From: Armatimonadota bacterium
Lineage (GTDB): Bacteria > Armatimonadota > UBA5829 > DTJY01
DNA length: 64,000 bases
Direction: 5' to 3'
Assembly (NCBI GenBank): GCA_023511795.1
Contig: JAIMAU010000001.1
Span: forward strand, 138,384-202,383
Part shown: positions 49,806 through 59,413 of the stretch, one piece after another
How positions within the stretch are numbered: the first letter of the stretch is position 1
How the letters are laid out: each line of letters begins with the position of its first letter
The notes under the pieces: generated by a model
The model's input: the letters and a program-made list of their open reading frames with translations, nothing else
Told to the model about the DNA's origin: nothing
The model's database searches: none
Translations under genes and position numbers: made by a program

Positions 49806-50489
49806 TTATATGATGTGCCTATCTATGAGCTCTAAAACACAACTTTTAGTGCAACTTGGCACATGGCATTCATTTGGCATTTCAAGCAGTTCGTTTTTCA
49901 GGCGGTACAGACTTTCTGGTTGTCGGACCACATACCAATTAGGCAGAAGGTACCACCGAAGCCCCAAACGGGCTGCATTTTCGATGGCATTTTGTATATT
50001 ATGCAATGCGGATGATTCTATGCCGCATACATGATTGTGGTTCGAGCATATAGAGCCGATTAGATAACATCCTCCGTCATCCGCCGGGCCTAGTACTATA
50101 TCTATCTCGCCTGATGCCAAGGCGTCGAACGCTAGCTCAAACGACCGCACAGGGAGTGTTGGGCTGTTAGTCCATGTGAAAATTATCCCTCTTTGTGGTT
50201 CGCACAGTCTTTCAAAGCAGTAGTGAATTTTCTGTTCAGTACTTTTGCCCTTTTGCCGCAAATATTGTTTGGAATCTAAGGCTACTTTTGATAGGATTGA
50301 GAGTGCGCTAGGCTGGTTGTAATAAATGACTATTTCTGCATCAGGGATGCTCGAAATTCTTTCCAGCGTGTCGCACGTGAAGCTTTCGTGTATTCGAGCA
50401 GCAGACTCGGCATCGAGTGGCGGGCAAAGTTTAGTTTGAACTTTGCCAGGGATTGGTGCATCTACTAAGACAGCAATTGTTCGTTTCAT
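49806..50489 (-). CDS. DUF2064 (TIGR04282) GT-A-like transferase family protein
   Basis: The N-terminus IAVLVDAPIPGKVQTKLCPPL matches the DUF2064 consensus AVLVFAKAPxPGxVKTRL, and DDGGYYLIG-like DDGGCYLIG is present. Confidence 0.55.
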   Translation of the reverse strand: MKRTIAVLVDAPIPGKVQTKLCPPLDAESAARIHESFTCDTLERISSIPDAEIVIYYNQPSALSILSKVALDSKQYLRQKGKSTEQKIHYCFERLCEPQRGIIFTWTNSPTLPVRSFELAFDALASGEIDIVLGPADDGGCYLIGSICSNHNHVCGIESSALHNIQNAIENAARLGLRWYLLPNWYVVRQPESLYRLKNELLEMPNECHVPSCTKSCVLELIDRHII

Positions 50490-50518
50490 TTTTTCAACGC
50501 TTTTTCTGAATATTTGAA

Positions 50519-52309
50519 CTAAGTTTGAGCACCTAAAACATTTTTCAGCATACTTGCAAGCTCTTCATTGCTCGTCAAAGGCATGGAACATTCATTTCGA
50601 CAGCATACATATACAATCGGCTTTTCTTCTGCTTTGTAGGTGATAGGACCAATGGTAAGTAGGTCCTCATTCGGGTCAAGAAGTTGAACGAGCTTTCGAG
50701 GATCGTATGCGTGCAAGCTTGTTTCGAGCATCGCCTGAGTTTCCTCTTTTTTTCGATTGCCAACAAGAACGATATGGATTGGAAAGTTTAGGTATAGGTC
50801 AAGGGTAACGCCAAAAGCTGCTCCAAGGACGCTTTCCACCATTTGGGGATGTGCAATCGCATGAAATGTTTGCTCCGCAAAGTCGCGGTATGTTTCGAAT
50901 CCAGTAAGATATGAAAGCTCTACCAACAATTTTGCTGCCATTACATTTTCATCAAAAGGCTTGTGCCTTTCTTTGAGCCTGCCGAAAGCATTTGGGTCAT
51001 ATAACTGGAAATAAAAGCCTCCATCTTCTTGGTCTCGAAGTTCAGATATCATGAATTTGACCAGTGCTTCAGCCTGATTTAAGTATTTTCGCTGGCCAGT
51101 AGATTGGAATAAATCAACAAGGCCTTGTGCAAAGTATACTTGGTCGCTAAGTATTCCAGGAAGCTTTGGTTCACCGTCATTATAATGGCACATCTTCCCG
51201 TCTATCATATTCTCATCAAGTATTCGGTCAGCCGTCTTTGCGGCAAAGTCGCGAGCTTCTTTGTCACCCATTGCTTGGAAGAGTCGGCAGTAAGCCGAAA
51301 TCATCATCCCATTCCAGTCGGTAAAAATCGTTGTATCTACGTCGGGCACGCCAATTTCTAAACGCTCTTTTTCGTCCTTTGAATAGTAATTTTCTCCGGG
51401 TATGAATTCTTTTGATAAGTCTCTGCTGCCGACATCCGCATCTTGGCTACCATAGAAACCACCCTTTTGCTGGTCAGACAGGAATCTTCTAACATAGTTC
51501 TTGATGCCTGCTGCAACTTCGCCATATTTGTTATCTTTAGTCACCTGGTATGCTTCTAGGTAATTGTCCAGAGCGCCAGCTTGGACATAGAGCATTTTCT
51601 CATAATGGGGTTGCGTCCAACTGCCATCCTCGGAGTATCTGAAAAACCCACCCCACACAGGGTCATATATCCCCATCATTCCGTCAAGAGTCTTCAAAGC
51701 TATTTTTAGTATGTCCTCATCTCCAGTTTTTTTATATTGGAGGAAAGCAAAATGAATGGCGTCTGGATAGGGAAACTTTGGTTCACTTCCAAAACCACCA
51801 TGCCAAGGGTCGAACTCTCGTTTCAGCGCAGATGAGAGTTTATCAAGGACGGTTTCGTCTAGTTTGGGCATAGGAGCTTCTGGCAGTTCTCCTGCGTGTT
51901 CGATCTCCTCTTCCTGCTCAACAATGCGCATTGTGGTTGTTGCGGTGTGTTCATAGTAGGCTATATTTGTTTCGCATAGCATTCGAATCATAGCGTCAGG
52001 CGGAAGATATGTAGAACCGTTGAGAATCCTTCCGTCAGGGGTAAGAATTGCAGTTGTTGGCCACCCGCCAAGCAGGTATCGGTCTTGAACATCTGGCCTC
52101 TTGTCGCCATCAATCCGGATTGGAACAAAGCGGTCATTGATTATACGAACGACAATGGGGTCGGCATAAGTGGTTCGGTCCATAACATGGCACCAATGAC
52201 ACCAGGTAGCGCTAATATTGAGAATTATTAGCTTATTTTCCTTCTCAGCTTTTATAAATGCTTCTTTGGTCCAATCCATCCAGCGTATGGTGGGAGAATG
52301 CTGTTTCAT
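50519..52309 (-). CDS. Thioredoxin-domain protein YyaL/DUF255 (SSP411-like) with a C-terminal alpha-toroid (N-acylglucosamine-epimerase-like) domain
   Basis: WMDWTKEAFIKAEKENKLIILNISATWCHWCHVMDRTTY is the DUF255 thioredoxin-like start. Confidence 0.8.
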   Translation of the reverse strand: MKQHSPTIRWMDWTKEAFIKAEKENKLIILNISATWCHWCHVMDRTTYADPIVVRIINDRFVPIRIDGDKRPDVQDRYLLGGWPTTAILTPDGRILNGSTYLPPDAMIRMLCETNIAYYEHTATTTMRIVEQEEEIEHAGELPEAPMPKLDETVLDKLSSALKREFDPWHGGFGSEPKFPYPDAIHFAFLQYKKTGDEDILKIALKTLDGMMGIYDPVWGGFFRYSEDGSWTQPHYEKMLYVQAGALDNYLEAYQVTKDNKYGEVAAGIKNYVRRFLSDQQKGGFYGSQDADVGSRDLSKEFIPGENYYSKDEKERLEIGVPDVDTTIFTDWNGMMISAYCRLFQAMGDKEARDFAAKTADRILDENMIDGKMCHYNDGEPKLPGILSDQVYFAQGLVDLFQSTGQRKYLNQAEALVKFMISELRDQEDGGFYFQLYDPNAFGRLKERHKPFDENVMAAKLLVELSYLTGFETYRDFAEQTFHAIAHPQMVESVLGAAFGVTLDLYLNFPIHIVLVGNRKKEETQAMLETSLHAYDPRKLVQLLDPNEDLLTIGPITYKAEEKPIVYVCCRNECSMPLTSNEELASMLKNVLGAQT

Positions 52310-52433
52310 GGTGGGTGAACCTCCCAGGGTTCAAATGCAACACTTGTAGCTGAAATTTCTTTACTGAATCTATGCCCACATATGGCTGGGCGCCAAACGT
52401 GGAATGGAAGAGGTTATTTATACTAGCTAATTG

Positions 52434-53465
52434 TTACAGCTCGATGACAGCCCTTAGGACTCCGTCCCTACGGTCCCGGGCTAACTCTATGGCTTCGACA
52501 ACTCGTTCCAGTGGGAAACGGTGCGTTACCATTGAGATTGCATTTATCTTCCCATCGCGGACAAGATTTATTGAGCGTTCGAGAGTGTTATTGCTTCTGC
52601 GGATAAGCTTTATTGTTAAGCCCTTTCGACGGACAACGGAGGCCGTGAGAGTCATATTGTCTTCGCGAGGGATGCCGCCCACGAGCACAAGCCCGCCGGG
52701 GCGAACTATCTCAGTTGCCTGTTGGACGGCTTCATTTTCGCCTGCTGCCTCGAATACTATATCAAGCCCCCGTCCGCCAGTCGCTGAAATAATCTGTTTA
52801 ACTAGGCCAGGTTCGTTTGCCTGGAAAGTTCGTGTGGCTCCTAACTTTTTTGCGATTTCTAGCCTTTCAGAGATTAAGTCTGTAACGTAAATATCACCGC
52901 AACCAGCTGCTCGTGCAGCTTGCATAATTGAGATTCCAATGCCGCCAGCGCCTAGAATGCCAACCGTTTTTCCCTGTATTGGTTCTGCGAGGTCAACCGC
53001 ATAGACTCCAATTGCGATTGGTTCGAGCATGGCGGCTTCAGCATAGTCCATAAAGTTGGGAACTTTGTACACCAGGTGTGCCGGCCAGGTCAGAAATTCA
53101 CGGAGTGCCCCTTGAGTTGGCGGAGTGCCGCAGAAAAGTATGTTTCGGCAGAGGTTATAATCGCCGTTGAGGCATAAGTCGCACTTTCGGCAGGCAATTG
53201 CAGGTTCGACTGCAACCTTGTCACCCAGTTTGACATTCAAGACTCCTTGGCCAACTTCGGCGATTGCCCCGGCGAACTCGTGCCCTAGAATTATGGGTTC
53301 CCTTACCACTACATCGCCGATTCTGCCATCTCGGAAATAATGGATGTCCGATGCACAAATGCCGACTGCTTTGACTTGTACTAGAACTTCTCCTTCACCG
53401 GGTACGGGTTTCTCAATTTCTACCAAGCGTAGGTCTCCTGCTCCGTAAAGCATTGCAGTTCGCAT
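52434..53465 (-). CDS. Zinc-dependent polyol/alcohol dehydrogenase (L-iditol/sorbitol/threonine dehydrogenase-like)
   Basis: GICASDIHY, GHEFAGAI, structural Zn cluster CRKCDLCLNGDYNLC, and GAGGIG NAD motif. Confidence 0.8.
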   Translation of the reverse strand: MRTAMLYGAGDLRLVEIEKPVPGEGEVLVQVKAVGICASDIHYFRDGRIGDVVVREPIILGHEFAGAIAEVGQGVLNVKLGDKVAVEPAIACRKCDLCLNGDYNLCRNILFCGTPPTQGALREFLTWPAHLVYKVPNFMDYAEAAMLEPIAIGVYAVDLAEPIQGKTVGILGAGGIGISIMQAARAAGCGDIYVTDLISERLEIAKKLGATRTFQANEPGLVKQIISATGGRGLDIVFEAAGENEAVQQATEIVRPGGLVLVGGIPREDNMTLTASVVRRKGLTIKLIRRSNNTLERSINLVRDGKINAISMVTHRFPLERVVEAIELARDRRDGVLRAVIEL

Positions 53466-53474
53466 TTTAAGCTC

Positions 53475-54182
53475 CTAATCTATGTCCTTTCCCATTATTC
53501 CATCGCAGGTCAGATTGATGTCTGGCCAGCCATCGTTGGCTTTGTTTATCTGGGTAGCCTTTAGGTATTTGCAGTGATAGTCTGCAAATAGATAATTCCT
53601 TCCACCTTTCCAACTGTTCCAGCCTACATGCGGCGTTTCATGATTGCTGAGCCATTCAGCAACGAGGACTTTTTTTGACGGATATTTCACTGCGTGTTGC
53701 TTCCAAGTTACGCACGGAATCTTCTCTGTCCAGGTTTGCTCAATTCTTGTCAAACTGTTTATTTGTTCGACCGTATGATAAAATGCCATTGAATATGCAT
53801 AGGATGTTTTATCATAGGCTGTTGGTGCCTTAGTATCACTGGGGCAAAGAAGAATTAGAGCGTTGTTTCGTTTTGATTTCCATTTATCGTTGGGATCTTC
53901 TTCCGCATCCGATGCGAGATATGGCATCAGAGGCCAGCGCCATCTCCTGCCCATCCATAGAAACGGGTCGTTGGTGTTAGGGTAGCATCCGTCATAGTCT
54001 TGAAGATACAAACTGAATGCTTGACCGATTTGTACTAGATTTGATTGGCAGGCAACCCTTTGCGCCTTTATCTTGGCAGTTGTAAAGACCGGAAGCAAAA
54101 TTGCCGCCAATATGGCAATTATTACTAGTACAACTAAGACCTCTATTAGAGTAAATCCTTTTTCTTTTTGGCAAAGATGCAA
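53475..54182 (-). CDS. DUF1559 (H-X9-DG-like) protein with a type IV pilin-like N-terminal cleavage/methylation signal
   Basis: KG|FTLIEVLVVLVIIAILAAIL is a class III prepilin signal. The C-terminal NYLFADYHCKY matches the DUF1559 NxLFxDGHV block. Confidence 0.7.
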   Translation of the reverse strand: MHLCQKEKGFTLIEVLVVLVIIAILAAILLPVFTTAKIKAQRVACQSNLVQIGQAFSLYLQDYDGCYPNTNDPFLWMGRRWRWPLMPYLASDAEEDPNDKWKSKRNNALILLCPSDTKAPTAYDKTSYAYSMAFYHTVEQINSLTRIEQTWTEKIPCVTWKQHAVKYPSKKVLVAEWLSNHETPHVGWNSWKGGRNYLFADYHCKYLKATQINKANDGWPDINLTCDGIMGKDID

Positions 54183-54185
54183 CTA

Positions 54186-54818
54186 CTATTTCCTCCGGAA
54201 GCGCCGAAGTTCCATTGCAATAATTGCCGAAGGAACCTCGGTCAAAGTAGCGACCTTTTCAAGTACTCTCGCCAAAGATCGCTCAGCAAGTTCATCAGCG
54301 GAGTCATCATTCGGCATTAGTTCGTCTATCGTCTCGGAAATTGCGCGGACTGCTTCTTCAATGTATTTAGCTTTTGCCTGCGGAAGCGTGCGCAATGGCG
54401 TGTTGGCATATCGGCGGCTCACATATTCTAACAAGCCCTCCCACGACTTTGCGGCAGCTTTCTCTTCTTTCTGCTTTTGATACGCGGCATCGCGAATTGC
54501 TGCGATTTGCTGGTCTTTTGCCTTTGCATGAGCCCAGTCTTGAAGAGTGGTGCCCTCGATGATTCTTAGCGTGAGTGACTGGCCAGTGAATTGCCGAATG
54601 GCATTCTCAATTGCCATCTTGTGTTCAGATGTTGTCATGTTGCCGCTTAGATGGAACAAGCCGGGAGCAAATCCGACGACGAACTGCCCTTCATCTATTA
54701 TTATTGGAACGGAATTCTCAAGGGCTTCCCATAGCGTCCGGTGCATTACTTTAAGCTTGACATGATCAACTACCTTGTTCCATACAGTTCGTATATCGAT
54801 TTGGGTTTGCATGGCCAA
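54186..54818 (-). CDS. Hypothetical protein with a DnaA N-terminal-like domain
   Basis: TVWNKVVDHVKLKV..TLWEALENSVPIIIDEGQFVVGFAPGLF follows the DnaA_N pattern (W..v...l......W...l..l...d..l.l.aPn.F). It has no AAA+ region. It ends 4 nt before the DUF1559 gene. Confidence 0.3.
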   Translation of the reverse strand: MAMQTQIDIRTVWNKVVDHVKLKVMHRTLWEALENSVPIIIDEGQFVVGFAPGLFHLSGNMTTSEHKMAIENAIRQFTGQSLTLRIIEGTTLQDWAHAKAKDQQIAAIRDAAYQKQKEEKAAAKSWEGLLEYVSRRYANTPLRTLPQAKAKYIEEAVRAISETIDELMPNDDSADELAERSLARVLEKVATLTEVPSAIIAMELRRFRRK

Positions 54819-54961
54819 ACCTCCTTGATTGCGTTGGTAAAGATACGAATATTAGTCGTAATTAGTATGCCCGTACCTGCCAAAGTATATAGAAGCATAG
54901 ATGGAAAGTCAAGATTTAAATCTTGACCATCTCTCGTTTTGGAAAATACGCAAAAGTTAAA

Positions 54962-54993
54962 GATGGCAGGTTATGTTGCAAAAGCCTGCCATC
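54962..54993 (-). terminator. Hairpin terminator (GATGGCAGG / CCTGCCATC) downstream of the Gfo/Idh/MocA gene
   Basis: 9-bp perfect stem with a 14-nt loop and a T-rich tail on the minus strand. Confidence 0.4.
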
Positions 54994-55044
54994 CCGAAAT
55001 GTTTATATGCCATAAAGACAGAGTGTTGCAAGGTCAAAAGAAAT

Positions 55045-56352
55045 TTACAATTCCCACCCTTTTCTATATGGCGTATTGATAAACCTGTCTGCTTTCGGAC
55101 AGTTAATCGCTCTCATATTCTCTGAATCCCAGTAGATTGGCTCGCGCGTGAGAAGTGCTAAGTTGCCAAGCAAGCATAATTCAGTGAGACCAGCGGCGTA
55201 ATCGAAATTTGACATAGCTGGCTCTCCACCTTTACATGCCCGAATCCACTCTGCATGGTGTCCTGGCGAACGAGGCAACGTAGGCTCAGGTTTTTGGAAG
55301 TTTGCAAACTTCTCAGCTGGAAGCAGTTCACAAGCTCCGCCGCCATCACCTGGTGCGTACATTATTCCGTTATCACCAATTATTGCAACGCCGCTCCCAG
55401 GAAGCTCTTCTTGCCCAATAATACTTGGCGAAGGTTTTAGACCACCGTCGTACCATTTCAAACGCAGAGGGGGCATACTACCTCTTGCTGGGAATGTATA
55501 GCGGATTATGGACTGCTTTGGGTATGATTCGCTTGTCATCTCTTTTACGACCTCGGCTTCTACAGATATTGGGTTGTCAAGCTTAAGACCCATATAAACC
55601 ATGTTTAAAGTATGGCAACCCATATCCCCTAGGGCTCCTGTGCCGAAGTCAATCCATCCTCTCCATTTGAATGGATGGTAGCACGGATGGTATGGTCGTT
55701 TGGGTGCGGGTCCAAGGAAAAGATCCCAGTGAATCTCTTTTGGAACCGGTGGAGTCTCACTTGGGCGATTTATTCCCTGCGGCCAAATTGGACGGTTCGA
55801 CCATACATGCACTTCGCGGACAGGGCCAATAGCACCGGCTTGTAGGATCTCGACACCCTCACGGAGTGCGTTGCTTGCTGTGCCTTGGTTGCCCATTTGC
55901 GTTGCAACTTTATATTTGCGGGCGGTTTCGCGCATAAGCCTAGCTTCGTAAATCGAATGGGTCAGCGGCTTCTCGCAGTAGACGTGTTTACCCATTCTCA
56001 TTGCCATGATCGAAGCGTGGGCATGGGTGTGGTCTGGCGTGCTCACAACAACGGCATCAATCTGCTTTTCCATCTCGTCGAGCAATCTGCGGAAATCATA
56101 ATATACCTTTGCTTTTGGAAAACGATCTGCGGGAATGCGTGTTTCGTCTATGTCGCAAAGTGCAACTATATTTTCGCTGGCGACGTTATTGAGATTATCA
56201 CCACCTTTGCCGCCGCTCCCAATTATAGCAATGTTTAGCTTCTCATTCTCACTGTAGCCAAATGCCAGCCGACTCTCGCGAAGGAAAAGAAAGCCTGCTC
56301 CTGAGGCTGCTGTGCCTTTAAGAAAATCCCTTCTCGTTATTCTATTTTTCAT
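55045..56352 (-). CDS. Tat-exported Gfo/Idh/MocA-family NAD(P)-dependent oxidoreductase (GH109-like)
   Basis: Twin-arginine signal MKNRITRRDFLKGTAASGAG. Rossmann motif IAIIGSGGKGG. Confidence 0.8.
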   Translation of the reverse strand: MKNRITRRDFLKGTAASGAGFLFLRESRLAFGYSENEKLNIAIIGSGGKGGDNLNNVASENIVALCDIDETRIPADRFPKAKVYYDFRRLLDEMEKQIDAVVVSTPDHTHAHASIMAMRMGKHVYCEKPLTHSIYEARLMRETARKYKVATQMGNQGTASNALREGVEILQAGAIGPVREVHVWSNRPIWPQGINRPSETPPVPKEIHWDLFLGPAPKRPYHPCYHPFKWRGWIDFGTGALGDMGCHTLNMVYMGLKLDNPISVEAEVVKEMTSESYPKQSIIRYTFPARGSMPPLRLKWYDGGLKPSPSIIGQEELPGSGVAIIGDNGIMYAPGDGGGACELLPAEKFANFQKPEPTLPRSPGHHAEWIRACKGGEPAMSNFDYAAGLTELCLLGNLALLTREPIYWDSENMRAINCPKADRFINTPYRKGWEL

Positions 56353-56481
56353 ATCTTTGCCTCCATAATGGTCGGAATGTATTTTCTTAAGAATCTATTA
56401 CATACGTTGCAATCGAATACCTCCCTGCTTTGTTTTAGTGTTCTTTTGTATGGGTAGCTCAAAGTTGGAGGATATTTAACT

Positions 56482-56994
56482 TTGGGGGTGACGAAAGTGG
56501 CTGACGAGAGAATCATCGAAGTTGCGGAAGGGCCAAGCATTTCATCCAAATTAGGTGAGGGAGTTGAACGCCATGCATCTGCCATTCGTCTCCCTGTTAG
56601 TTATGGCATCAAGGTGTGGATAGAAAGACCTTATGAACGAGTATTAGCTACAGTGAAAGAAAAGCTTTTACAAGAGGGTCTAGTGATCGCATACGAAGCT
56701 GACGTCCGAAAGTTCGTCTATAATCTTAGCGGTGCAAACTTCCCACATTACACAATATTGGGCGTTTGGCATCCAACGTGGGCGAATCAAGCACTGCATA
56801 TCGACCTCGACTGCGGCCTTCTTCTTCCATTTGGGCTTGTTGTTTATGAGCAAACGAATGGCACGGTTGTTGAAGCTGTCGATCCAATAGTGCTCTTTGC
56901 AATCCCTGGTGGAGCTGACCTTCAGGAGCTAGCTCGCTCTGTAAAAATGAAGCTTGAGGACGTAGTTGACCATGTCTTTGCCCTACTTGATTAG
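56482..56994 (+). CDS. DUF302 domain protein
   Basis: The ~130-aa core is DUF302-like. TTG start 11 nt after GGAGG. Alternative GTG starts exist at 56488 and 56500. Confidence 0.5.
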   Translation: MGVTKVADERIIEVAEGPSISSKLGEGVERHASAIRLPVSYGIKVWIERPYERVLATVKEKLLQEGLVIAYEADVRKFVYNLSGANFPHYTILGVWHPTWANQALHIDLDCGLLLPFGLVVYEQTNGTVVEAVDPIVLFAIPGGADLQELARSVKMKLEDVVDHVFALLD

Positions 56995-57147
56995 CTCTTC
57001 TGGTATTATTAGCTTTTTCCGTTTAGATTGGCATTTGTTGTTGACAAGCGGCAGATATTGAGCTACAAAATGGTTGACTTGCCTGTTATGTTGGAAACTT
57101 AGCCAGCGCTCAGGTCTTTAATTGACTTGCTTTTCTAGGAGAATATA

Positions 57148-58350
57148 ATGCTTTTTAATAACCACTTACTACGGCTTATCCTTTATTTCCATGTTGTCTG
57201 CTTTAGTATTTTCATTTTTGCAAGCGAAATATCTGCCGCTAGAAACATCATCCTAATGATAGGAGATGGTATGGGCTACCAATATGTGAATGCCGCAAGT
57301 TACTATCTTACTGGTGCTGCTGGTAATCTTTCATTCGAGCGGTTCTATAAGTGCGGAGTAACCACATATTCCGCTAACAACCCAATTACGGATTCTGCCG
57401 CAGCTGCTACTGCTATGGCAACAGGGCATAAGGTTAATAACAACGTTGTCTCGCAAGCGCCAGATGGTTCGCCATATCAAACAATTTTGGAGTATGCAAA
57501 GGAAAAAGGTAAGCGCACCGGTCTTGTTACCAATGTTCCTATTACTCATGCGACGCCAGCTGCCTTTGGGGCACACGAACCATCGAGAAATAATTACATA
57601 GGTATTGGCAATGACTACTTAAGCTCATCACGTCCGGATATAATTTTTGGCGGCGGTGATCCTGCGCGCGGTGGGTCAAGTTACTTTAGCACATCCCAAG
57701 TTGCAATTGCCCAGACACTGGGATATCAGGTGGTCTATAACAATTCTCAAATGTCCGGTCTAAATCCGGCAACTACCAGCCGTGCCATTGGTCTTTTCGC
57801 GGGCGGCGATATGACTTATGAATATGACCGTCTTCCTGATAGCTTGGAACCCCATTTAAGTCAGATGACTATTAAAGCTCTGGATGTCATGAACGCCGAT
57901 CCCGATGGTTTTTTCCTGATGATTGAGGGAGGATTAATAGACCATGCCGCTCATGGAAATTGGATAGAGCGAACTACATGCGAGGTTGTGGAATTCCACA
58001 ATTCTGTTCAAGCAGTGCTGAATTGGATGCAGGGGCGGTCAGATACTCTGCTTATAGTTGTTGCTGATCACGAGATTGGCGGTTTAACTGTTACTAATCG
58101 AGGTGCTGGTGTTTATCCTCTTGCTTCGTGGACCTCGACAGGTCATACAGCAGCAAACGTACCACTCTATACTACTGGTGCTAATTCGTTTCTGATAGAT
58201 GCTTACATAACTAATGGAGTGGTAGACAATACTGACATATATTTCTTCATGAGGGACTCTTTCGATATTGTGCCTGAGCCTTCGGGTGTCTTTGTTATTG
58301 CCGCTGGAATTTGCATATTCTTTCCAATATACCGAAGACTTCGCCAGTAA
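57148..58350 (+). CDS. Alkaline phosphatase (PhoA family) with a C-terminal PEP-CTERM sorting signal
   Basis: Signal peptide, then IILMIGDGMGYQY (the nucleophile Ser/Thr region is DSAAAATAMATG) and DHAAHG. The C-terminus VPEPSGVFVIAAGICIFFPIYRRLRQ is PEP + TM + basic tail. Confidence 0.75.
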   Translation: MLFNNHLLRLILYFHVVCFSIFIFASEISAARNIILMIGDGMGYQYVNAASYYLTGAAGNLSFERFYKCGVTTYSANNPITDSAAAATAMATGHKVNNNVVSQAPDGSPYQTILEYAKEKGKRTGLVTNVPITHATPAAFGAHEPSRNNYIGIGNDYLSSSRPDIIFGGGDPARGGSSYFSTSQVAIAQTLGYQVVYNNSQMSGLNPATTSRAIGLFAGGDMTYEYDRLPDSLEPHLSQMTIKALDVMNADPDGFFLMIEGGLIDHAAHGNWIERTTCEVVEFHNSVQAVLNWMQGRSDTLLIVVADHEIGGLTVTNRGAGVYPLASWTSTGHTAANVPLYTTGANSFLIDAYITNGVVDNTDIYFFMRDSFDIVPEPSGVFVIAAGICIFFPIYRRLRQ

Positions 58351-58423
58351 TAGGTCCTAGCATTTTCGAACGATATTGTCTGCAGGACGGGTAAAAGCCA
58401 CAAAATTGCAGATGAAATTATTA

Positions 58424-59149
58424 TTATCTTAGTCTGGTTACGTACCAAAGGTTGTTGGCAGGACCTGATGGGGCAAAAGGATATTTTTCAGGTTCCATTG
58501 TTATCACATGGCCATCACACATAAGGTAATTGTTCATCCTGGCGTGCATCGGCCGATTAGCGCTCTGCCAATATTTGTTCTTTGTCGGCCGATATCCCAT
58601 AACCCATTCCCAGTTGCCACATCGGTAGACAAAACCTTCTCCAAAAGGGCTTTCCTCATCTGCAGGTATGCCTTCGTACAGTAGGATTGTTCGCTCAGGT
58701 TGCATTATTCGACGCTTGGGAATCCCACAAAGGTATTTAATGCACTGCGGATAAGGGATATCTGGTGGCCATCTTAAATACTCATTCATACTGTAGGTGC
58801 GAGGCGAGTACTTTGAGCGCCAACGGCCATTATACGCTGGGCAGCAAAGTAGTCCGTGTTCTCCTCTTCCTCTTTCCTTAAGGTAAGGGCGGATTCCACC
58901 ATTGCCCTCCTGGTCCCAATATGAGAGATCGCCATAGCGACCGCCAGGGCAGGGAAAAACCCCATCCCAATCGTTTGTGTAGAGGTCGAATGCTATCCCA
59001 ATTTGTTTGAGGTTTGTTGCACATTGAGATTTCCTACATGCCATCCGTGCGGTGATAATCACGGGGAAGAGTAAGCCAGATAGGAGTGCTGAAATAGCTA
59101 TCACAACAAGCAATTCGATGATTGTAAAGCCTTTTGAAGAAATTCTCAT
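58424..59149 (-). CDS. DUF1559 (H-X9-DG) protein with a type IV pilin-like N-terminus, paralog of 53475..54182
   Basis: KG|[20 protein letters not shown] prepilin signal. The C-terminal [13 protein letters not shown] is the conserved DUF1559 block. Confidence 0.7.
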   Translation of the reverse strand: MRISSKGFTIIELLVVIAISALLSGLLFPVIITARMACRKSQCATNLKQIGIAFDLYTNDWDGVFPCPGGRYGDLSYWDQEGNGGIRPYLKERGRGEHGLLCCPAYNGRWRSKYSPRTYSMNEYLRWPPDIPYPQCIKYLCGIPKRRIMQPERTILLYEGIPADEESPFGEGFVYRCGNWEWVMGYRPTKNKYWQSANRPMHARMNNYLMCDGHVITMEPEKYPFAPSGPANNLWYVTRLR

Positions 59150-59413
59150 AATATTTTTTCCTGTTTTAAAATATTAACAATTTTTCGGTAGTTTACCAGG
59201 TAAGCATACGAATGTAAACTAAGCAAATGTGAAAAGCTAGTGAATTATTATATCAGTAAGCGGAGAGATTCTTTTTGCTACATTGGGTAAGAGTTTAAGA
59301 CGATGACTTTAGATTTCCAATGCATTAGTTTTTACGTCAAAAAACTTGCAGAACGTTAGCGTTCTTGTGTAGGTTAAGAAGTCTACGGTATTAACTTGTG
59401 ATGTGAGGATTAA

